Origin: Candidatus Latescibacterota bacterium
GTDB taxonomy: Bacteria; Latescibacterota; UBA2968; UBA8231
Length of the DNA stretch: 64,000 nucleotides
Assembly (NCBI GenBank): GCA_965200315.1
Contig: OZ241362.1
Coordinates: forward strand, 3,616,001-3,680,000
Direction: 5' to 3'
Shown: positions 1 through 6,328 of the stretch, piece by piece
How positions within the stretch are numbered: position 1 is the stretch's first letter
How the letters are laid out: the number at the start of each line of letters is the position of its first letter
Program-made: the position numbers and the translations under genes
Notes under the pieces: generated by a model
The model's database searches: none
The model's input: the letters and a program-made list of their open reading frames with translations, nothing else
What the model was told of the DNA's origin: nothing

Positions 1-3
1 AGC

Positions 4-432
4 TCAGTCTGCCAGCCGGTGAACGACTAGCTCGGTGATCTGCTCAATTAAGGCTTCTGGATCGGTGGCTCGGCCCTGCTCGATTTGTTGCAAAAGCGTC
101 TTGTAGCGGTTGCAACCCTCGCAACTCGCCTCCGGGTCGCCCGCCTGCTTGCGCTCGTGGACGGCGCAATCGCCACAGTGCGCCGGCTCGACGTACCCCG
201 AGCCAAATTCCTCGTGCTGGCAGCCACAGGCGCGGTCGGGATGCTCGCACCGGCCCGCGTCCGCAACGGCCTCGCCGCGACTTAGCTGCAAGCGGTGCTG
301 GCGGATGTAATCCCAAGCCGTTGGCGTCAAGATGGCGCTGGGGGCTACGCTGAGCATCCGCTCGCCCTTGTGCTCGCGCCCGAGCAAATCGCCAGTGACG
401 ACCGGGGCACCAATGTGCAAAGCCTCAGCCAA
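4..432 (-). CDS. BMC-associated hypothetical protein: ILTPxAxD N-terminal domain, Cys-rich middle, C-terminal encapsulation-peptide-like helix
   Basis: In the BMC operon, overlapping the BMC-H gene; [12 protein letters not shown]-x6-C-x-C, CGDC, CEGC; ends [16 protein letters not shown]. Confidence 0.7.
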   Translation of the reverse strand: MAEALHIGAPVVTGDLLGREHKGERMLSVAPSAILTPTAWDYIRQHRLQLSRGEAVADAGRCEHPDRACGCQHEEFGSGYVEPAHCGDCAVHERKQAGDPEASCEGCNRYKTLLQQIEQGRATDPEALIEQITELVVHRLAD

Positions 433-688
433 TATGGTCTGTCAACCCCTCAACCGGGCGGGGAATCACGTGGACGCTGCGCAGCTCGCCGATGCGCTGG
501 GCGGCTTGCGCTCCTGCATCTACGGCCGCTTTGACAGCCGCTACGTCGCCTTCGACCAGCACGGCGATTAGGCCACTGCCCACGCGCTTTTGGCCCGCAT
601 AGCTCACGTCGGCGGTCTTCAACATGGCGTCGAGGGCTTCGACGACGCAGACCAGACCGCGGGTTTCGACCATGCCCAATGCTTTCAT
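425..688 (-). CDS. BMC-H hexameric shell protein (EutM/PduA family)
   Basis: ALGMVETRG...DAMLKTADV...VGSG...[13 protein letters not shown]...HVIPRP. Confidence 0.95.
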   Translation of the reverse strand: MKALGMVETRGLVCVVEALDAMLKTADVSYAGQKRVGSGLIAVLVEGDVAAVKAAVDAGAQAAQRIGELRSVHVIPRPVEGLTDHIG

Positions 689-704
689 TATTTATCTCCT
701 CTAC

Positions 705-1265
705 CTACAAGTACAGCGCGATGAGATCGTCGTGGGGGCGGGGAATCACGTGCTGCGACACGAGCTCGCCCACGCGCTCAGCCGACTCAGCGCCGGCACT
801 GACTGCAGCCTGCACCGAGCCGACGTCGCCGCTGACCATGGCGGTGATGTACCCGCCGCCGATGTCTTGGAGCTTGACGACCTCCACATCGGCGGCCTTG
901 CTCATGGCGTCGGCTGCTTCGATCACGCCGATGGATCCCTTCGTCTCAATGAAGCCCAAGGCGCGAGTGCGGCCATCGCGGTCGCCGCGGTCACCGCACT
1001 CGGGCACGACGGCCGTCAACTCGCTGTGCGGGCGGGGAATCACGTGGACCGAATGCACCTCTCCGACCTTGGCCGCCGCGGTCGAACCAGCATCCACGGC
1101 CGACTTGACGGCCGCCACATCGCCCGAGCAAAACACGGTCACCAAGCCGGAGCCAACTCTATCCCAGCCCAAAAGCTGTACGCTGGCGGCCTTGGCCATG
1201 GCGTCGCCGGCCTCGACGACCCCGACCAGCCCCACAGTTTCTACCATACCTATTGCATCCGACAT
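705..1265 (-). CDS. Shell protein with two fused BMC-H-like domains
   Basis: Two copies of G(M/F)(V/I)ET..G / DAM.KAA.V / GDV..V..AV.AG / HVIPRPH; AGGAGGT RBS. Confidence 0.92.
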   Translation of the reverse strand: MSDAIGMVETVGLVGVVEAGDAMAKAASVQLLGWDRVGSGLVTVFCSGDVAAVKSAVDAGSTAAAKVGEVHSVHVIPRPHSELTAVVPECGDRGDRDGRTRALGFIETKGSIGVIEAADAMSKAADVEVVKLQDIGGGYITAMVSGDVGSVQAAVSAGAESAERVGELVSQHVIPRPHDDLIALYL

Positions 1266-1302
1266 CCCTTACCTCCTGAAGTAATTGTGCGGATTTTTGC
1301 GT

Positions 1303-1974
1303 TCAACGCTCCAAATATACCTTGCGGGCGTGTACCAAATCAATCGCATTGCCCTCGTCCGTGTCGATGTGAACTTCTAGACGCTCGCGGTCGCTGACTC
1401 GGCAGATTAGGCCTTCCAGCACCCCGCCCTGATCGCCTTCTACTACCAGCCGCAGCAAGTCCCCCGGGCCGACCCCGTAGTACGCAGCCTCGGCCGGGTT
1501 TAGATGCACGTGGCGGGCGGCCCGAATCACCCCGCGATCCAATTCCAGCCCTCCGGCCGGCCCCACCAAGTAGCAGCCCGGCGTCCCCTCGACGTTGCCG
1601 CTGAGCCGCACCGGTGCGTCAATGCCCAAAAAGCGGGCCTCCGTAAAGGCCAGCTCCACTTGGTTGTAAGCGCGCAATGGGCCGAGGATGCGGACATTGG
1701 GAATCACCTGCTTGCGCGGGCCGAAAACCGCCACCGTCTGCTCGGCGGCAAAAGCCCCTTCTTGGTACAGGGCCTTCTGCACGGTTAGCTTGGCACCCGC
1801 GCCGAAGAGCGCGTCGAGGGCCTCTTGGTTGAGGTGGACGTGGCGGGCGGACATATTGACGACCAGCCTCGGGGCCGGGGGTGCCTGCTCTAGCTGAGCG
1901 TCGGGCAAATGATCGTACACCACCCGGCGCACCAACGCCTCAATCTGCTGGCGGTCCAATCTAGCCGCTTCCAT
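1303..1974 (-). CDS. pduL: Phosphate propanoyltransferase with N-terminal encapsulation peptide
   Basis: SARHVHL, VRILGPLR, RLSGNVEGTPG, ARHVHL, HIDTDEGNA. Confidence 0.93.
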   Translation of the reverse strand: MEAARLDRQQIEALVRRVVYDHLPDAQLEQAPPAPRLVVNMSARHVHLNQEALDALFGAGAKLTVQKALYQEGAFAAEQTVAVFGPRKQVIPNVRILGPLRAYNQVELAFTEARFLGIDAPVRLSGNVEGTPGCYLVGPAGGLELDRGVIRAARHVHLNPAEAAYYGVGPGDLLRLVVEGDQGGVLEGLICRVSDRERLEVHIDTDEGNAIDLVHARKVYLER

Positions 1975-1977
1975 TGC

Positions 1978-2292
1978 CTACCTCTCGCGGCTCAGTTGCC
2001 GACAGTCGAAGTCCTTGCCCATAGCCTGTAGCGAATCGACGATCCCGACGATTACCGCGTCGGTTGGCACATCACCCAAGTTCGGGGCGATCCGCGACGA
2101 GCTGCCCTGCACCAAAATCACCAACTCGCCCTTGCCAGCTTGCACCGCGTCGATGCAGACCATATCCCGCCCGGTCAGCACCAGACCATGCTCGCGCACC
2201 GACGCGATTTCGACCACTAAGAGTTTCTTGCCGTGCAGGCTCGGGACCTTGGCCGTGGAAACCAGATGCCCTTTGACTTGGCCCAAGAGCAT
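1978..2292 (-). CDS. eutN: BMC-P pentameric vertex protein (EutN/CcmL)
   Basis: G.V.G.LVSTAK..L.G.KLLVV; DAVQAG.GE.V; GSSSR; DAVIVGIVD. Confidence 0.92.
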   Translation of the reverse strand: MLLGQVKGHLVSTAKVPSLHGKKLLVVEIASVREHGLVLTGRDMVCIDAVQAGKGELVILVQGSSSRIAPNLGDVPTDAVIVGIVDSLQAMGKDFDCRQLSRER

Positions 2293-3698
2293 CAGGTGAT
2301 GCGGAAGTAGTCCACGAGGGCGCAGCGGCGCTGGCGGGTAAAGGTGCGCGGCGACGTCAGCCCCTCGCCCGTAGGCCCGGCGATGGAGTACGTCCCAAAG
2401 CCCTCGCCGCCCAAGCCAACCCCGGCGTAGGAAGGACCGTTCTTGACGAAAATGGTGGTATCCACGGCGCGGGCCATGTTGTGCATGTTTTCGATGTTGC
2501 GCGAATGGATCACGGCCGTGTGCCCGTAGCCGTGCTCGGAGATGACGGCCTCGCGGATGGCTTGGTCAATGCTGGGCACACGCACAATCGGCAGAAAGGG
2601 CATCATCTGCTCCTCGCGCACGAAGACATGGTTGGCGTCCGTCTCGCCAACGAGCATGCGCAGCGACGAGTCGAGCCGCAGGCCGATGCGCTCGCCCAGC
2701 ACGGCAGCGTCGCGCCCCACCAACTCGCGGTTCGCTGCGAGATGCCCGTCTGGCCCTGTGCCAAAGGCCACCTGCGCGAGGGCCTCGATCTGCCGCGCAT
2801 CGAGCTCGTACGCGTTGTATTGGACCATCTGCCGCTTGAGCTCGTCGGCAATGGAAGCGACGGCAAAGACTTGCTTCTCGCCGATGCAGAGGATGTTGTT
2901 GTCGAAGGCCCCCCCGTCGATGATGTCGCGTGCGGCCTTGGCCAAATCGGCCGTTTCATCGACGACCACGGGCGGATTGCCCGGCCCGGCGATGATGGCC
3001 TTTTTGGGGCTGCCCAGCGCGGCCTTGGCCACGCCCGGCCCGCCGGTGACCAGCAGGAGGCAGATGCCCGGGTGGTTGAACAGTTCGTTGGCCGTCTCAA
3101 TGGTCGGCGTTTCGACCGCGGTTACTAAGTTGGCCGGCCCGCCAGCCGCGCCGATGGCTTGATTGATCAAGCCCACCGCGAACATGGAGACCTTTCTACC
3201 CGCCGGATGTACGTTGAAGACGACTGAGTTGCCGGCGGCGACAATGCAAATGGCGTTGTTGACCATCGTCGGCACGGGATGCGTCGATGGAGTAACCGCG
3301 CCGATGACCCCGTAGGGAGCCATTTCGACTACGGTCAGCCCGTGATCGCCGGTCCACGAAATCGCCTCTAGGTCTTCGACGCCGGGCGTGGTGTCGGCCG
3401 CGACTTGGTGCTTGATGATCTTGTCGTCCAATCGCCCCATGCCCGTCTCGGCCAAGGCTCGCCGCGAAAACTCCTCGGCGTGGGCGTACGCTGTCTGCCG
3501 CAGGGCCTCGACGATCTTTTTGCGCTCCTCCAGCGACAAGGCGACCAACTGCTGCTGGGCGCGGGTCGCGCCTTGAACGGCCGCGTCAATCGTCGCGAAG
3601 ACCCCAGTGTCCCCGCCCTCGCTGCCACCGCTGACGACGCGCTGCACCACTTCTTCGACTATTTTGCGTACGTGTTCTTCGCTGACATTTTGGGACAC
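2292..3698 (-). CDS. CoA-acylating aldehyde dehydrogenase (EutE/PduP family) with N-terminal encapsulation peptide
   Basis: ETGMGR..DKIIK, GVIGAVTPSTHP, VTGGPGV, AGPGNPPVVVDETAD, FDNNILCIGEK, GPTGEGLTS. Confidence 0.95.
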   Translation of the reverse strand: MSQNVSEEHVRKIVEEVVQRVVSGGSEGGDTGVFATIDAAVQGATRAQQQLVALSLEERKKIVEALRQTAYAHAEEFSRRALAETGMGRLDDKIIKHQVAADTTPGVEDLEAISWTGDHGLTVVEMAPYGVIGAVTPSTHPVPTMVNNAICIVAAGNSVVFNVHPAGRKVSMFAVGLINQAIGAAGGPANLVTAVETPTIETANELFNHPGICLLLVTGGPGVAKAALGSPKKAIIAGPGNPPVVVDETADLAKAARDIIDGGAFDNNILCIGEKQVFAVASIADELKRQMVQYNAYELDARQIEALAQVAFGTGPDGHLAANRELVGRDAAVLGERIGLRLDSSLRMLVGETDANHVFVREEQMMPFLPIVRVPSIDQAIREAVISEHGYGHTAVIHSRNIENMHNMARAVDTTIFVKNGPSYAGVGLGGEGFGTYSIAGPTGEGLTSPRTFTRQRRCALVDYFRIT

Positions 3699-3838
3699 GC
3701 TTTTTTCCTCGCGTTGGATCTAAATATTTTAAGAATGGGGAAAATAGGCGGCCCCACTCTGAGCGTCAAGGTCATTTGACGGGCTGCTAGGCCTGCCTTA
3801 AGGTTTGTGCAAGTGCTGGAAAAACAAAGGAGAAAGAC

Positions 3839-4642
3839 ATGCGCATCATCCGCTTTATCGACGCTGACGACGCCGTCCGGTGGGGCCTCAAAGCCGAGGG
3901 CGGCCAAGCCTCCGTTCTCGCCGGCGATATCTTCGCCGAACTAGTGCCGACCGGCGAACAAGTGTCCGTCAAAAGACTGCTCGCTCCGCTGGCCCCGACC
4001 AACATTTTCTGCATTGGGCTAAACTACCGAGAGCACGCGGCCGAATCCGGCCTCGAACCGCCCGAGCAGCCCGTCGTCTTTGCCAAGCCCACGAGCGCGG
4101 TCTGCGGCCCGGGCGACCCGATTTTGCTGCCAGCCTGCTGCCGCCGCGGCCCGGAAGTTGACTACGAGTGCGAGCTCGCGGTGGTAATCGGCAAGGCCGC
4201 CCGCAATGTGGCGCGGGCCGACGCCCTCAGCTACGTGCTCGGATATACGTGCGCCAACGACGTCTCGGCCCGCAAGTGGCAGCTCCACGGCGGCGGCGGC
4301 CAGTGGATCCGCGGCAAGGGCTTTGACACCTTTTGCCCTTTGGGACCGGTGCTGGTCACAGCCGACGAAATCCCCGACCCGCAAACCCTCGGCATCCGCA
4401 CGATCCTCAACGGCGCGACCATGCAGGACCACACCACCGGCGACATGATCTTCACGGTCGCCGAACTGATCGAATTCCTCAGCCAAGATACGACCTTGCT
4501 GCCGGGCACGGTCATCCTCACCGGCACTCCGCAGGGCGTGGGTTTTGCGCGCAAACCTCCCGTGTGGCTCGCAGCCGGCGACGAGGTCATCGTCGAAATA
4601 GATCAGATCGGCCAATTGCAAAACCCGGTGGAAGCGGCCTAG
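3839..4642 (+). CDS. Fumarylacetoacetate hydrolase family protein
   Basis: CIGLNYREH, VDYECELAVVIG, NDVSAR, KGFDTFCPLGP, TGTPQGVG. Confidence 0.93.
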   Translation: MRIIRFIDADDAVRWGLKAEGGQASVLAGDIFAELVPTGEQVSVKRLLAPLAPTNIFCIGLNYREHAAESGLEPPEQPVVFAKPTSAVCGPGDPILLPACCRRGPEVDYECELAVVIGKAARNVARADALSYVLGYTCANDVSARKWQLHGGGGQWIRGKGFDTFCPLGPVLVTADEIPDPQTLGIRTILNGATMQDHTTGDMIFTVAELIEFLSQDTTLLPGTVILTGTPQGVGFARKPPVWLAAGDEVIVEIDQIGQLQNPVEAA

Positions 4643-4645
4643 CGC

Positions 4646-4966
4646 TCACGCTTCCTTGAACATTCCGAAGGCAAAGGCTTCGGGTAGCTCCTCAAAGATA
4701 ATCTCCCCCTCGTCGTCGGTCTCCAACAACTGGGCCATGTAGTCGTACCATTTTTCTAGGATGGGAACTTGGCGGCTCTTGAGCCAGTGTTCCTCGGTCG
4801 GGGCGACCGCGTGGATGACGAGGTGTTCGCCCAAGCGGTAGATAGCCATGCTGACCTCGTTGTCGGTCATGCTGTCGGCGATTTCGGGCCACAGGTCGTC
4901 GTGGGCCTGTTTGTACTCGGCGTACGCATTGGGGCGCAGCCGCATGGCCAAGCCAATTGAATACAT
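4646..4966 (-). CDS. rhaM: L-rhamnose mutarotase family protein
   Basis: M.LRP....EY...HD.LWPE and W..YM..L pattern; 106 aa. Confidence 0.75.
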   Translation of the reverse strand: MYSIGLAMRLRPNAYAEYKQAHDDLWPEIADSMTDNEVSMAIYRLGEHLVIHAVAPTEEHWLKSRQVPILEKWYDYMAQLLETDDEGEIIFEELPEAFAFGMFKEA

Positions 4967-5072
4967 GATGGTCTCCTTAATCGTTAGGGAATTGATAAAT
5001 ATGCGAATTAATTAAGAGATATTCAGAAAATGACGTAAAGTTCTTTTTTTCTATCTCTTAGCCATTTTTTCC

Positions 5073-5102
5073 TTGACAATATATCACCTTGAAAGTGAAA
5101 CT
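5073..5102 (+). promoter_or_regulatory. Putative sigma70 promoter (-35 TTGACA, weak -10 GAAACT)
   Basis: Exact TTGACA at 5073-5078 after an AT-rich tract; -10 imperfect. Confidence 0.5.
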
Positions 5103-5107
5103 AAAAG

Positions 5108-5522
5108 GCAGTCAAAAACCGTGCAAAGTAAATTGCACATCACCAAGGAGAGGAGGGCCTCATACAATGATTCTCTTCACACGTCAATCCTCGTGTAGTC
5201 TCAGGAGCCAGTTCCCCGATGGGAGCGGCCATAAGGTCCCAAACATGCGGGCTACGAACAGCATCCGACCGTTGCGCGTTCGTCCCAATCCCTAGGATAC
5301 ACGCACGACTCTTCAGGTTGTGTGCATCGGCTGGCTAAAACGCACAGCCGAATCGGGAACTCACCTCGCACTCGCATCGTCTTAGGCGATTGATTGCGTG
5401 TGCAAGGGCTTTCCCACAGGGTTTTCGGGACAGTGCTTTCGAGAAGGAGGGCACTTTTGCGTCCCGGAAACCGGCGATACATCGAATCGATTTCGATACA
5501 GCCGCTTTCCAGCGGCTTTTTT
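5108..5522 (+). ncRNA. Candidate large structured non-coding RNA, family not recognised
   Basis: Nested complementary segments (GTGCAA/TTGCAC, CACACG/CGTGTG, TCAATC/GATTGA, GTTCCCCGAT/ATCGGGAAC, ACGAAC/GTTCGT, CGGCTG/CAGCCG, GGTTTTCGGGAC/GTCCCGGAAACC) between a promoter and a terminator. Confidence 0.55.
5500..5522 (+). terminator. Rho-independent terminator
   Basis: AGCCGCT-TTCC-AGCGGCT followed by a T-tract. Confidence 0.8.
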
Positions 5523-5609
5523 GATGGCCGTGGCGCAAAAATGCTGCGGCTTTTTTCGTTGAATTTCGTCGAACTTCGCACCAATTGAAGATCTGGAGAG
5601 AAACAACTC

Positions 5610-5867
5610 ATGCGCAAAATCGAGCCAGAACGCATCAAGCGCGCGGCGCGCATCTACGCGAGCAACCAAGAAGCCAGCCGTGCGCTGGGTATCGCCCCGG
5701 GCAGTTTCAGCCGGCTCTGCCGGCTCTACAACATCGAAACCCCTTATGCGCGCAAGCGGCGGCGGCGCGAGGAGTTCGGTCGCCAGCGCGACAGCGATCT
5801 CTTAGAAGACATCGACATCGACATGCAAGATATCGAGATGCTAGAGGAAGTTCTCGACCTCAACTAA
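5610..5867 (+). CDS. Small HTH-like protein with Arg run and acidic tail
   Basis: GGAGAG RBS; SNQEASRALGIAPGSFSRLCR resembles an HTH; own terminator. Confidence 0.75.
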   Translation: MRKIEPERIKRAARIYASNQEASRALGIAPGSFSRLCRLYNIETPYARKRRRREEFGRQRDSDLLEDIDIDMQDIEMLEEVLDLN

Positions 5868-5892
5868 TAGGCATCACACACTGCGCTCGGCC

Positions 5893-5940
5893 AGCGGGGA
5901 GTTGGTGGACGTTTTCGTCCGCTAGCTCCCCGCTTTTTTT
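5893..5940 (+). terminator. Long-stem rho-independent terminator
   Basis: AGCGGGGAGTTGGTGGAC / GTCCGCTAGCTCCCCGCT followed by a T-tract. Confidence 0.85.
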
Positions 5941-6087
5941 AACAAGCGGTGCGCGACGAGTATTGTAAGGGCAGTTGAAGGGAAAGGGGTGGTGCGAATC
6001 TATGTTGAGGTGGTTCATTTTTGTATATTTTTTGCTGAAAGGAAATTCGCATATCGCGCAATCAAACGACAAGAGAAGAGGGTTGCC

Positions 6088-6203
6088 ATGCTCAGCCCTA
6101 CGCCGGCAGTCAAGTTCACCTATCTATGAGGATTATCAGCACACCCCGGATGACCGGCGCTACGAGTTATTGGCTGGATGGAGGTACTCTTGAGGTGGTG
6201 CCT
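6088..6203 (+). pseudogene. Uma2/DUF820 endonuclease 5' remnant
   Basis: Removing two 4-bp insertions gives MLSPTPAVKFTYEDYQHTPDDRRYELLDGGTLEVVP. Confidence 0.7.
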
Positions 6204-6328
6204 GTACGGCGAAAGACTGACGATGGTCTCGCCGTTGAATCTAAACGAGATTTTTGGGGTGTGAGGAGGCATTCAAAAGAGTGCCGCCATGCACAGCATA
6301 TAGTGATCACCCTACAAAGGAGGAAATC

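Noticed and set aside
1-9. AGCTCAGTC at the window edge matches the core of the 24-bp element
   Set aside because: Only 9 bp, explained by Asp-stop codons of the minus-strand gene; the next bases diverge
5108-5522. RNase P, tmRNA, SRP or 6S identity for the structured region
   Set aside because: No GAGGAAAGUCC-type motif, tRNA-like ends or SRP loop seen on either strand; too long and branched for a typical 6S (by eye only)
5252-5669. Minus-strand ORFs over the structured region
   Set aside because: No recognisable domains or RBS; promoter and terminator point to the + strand
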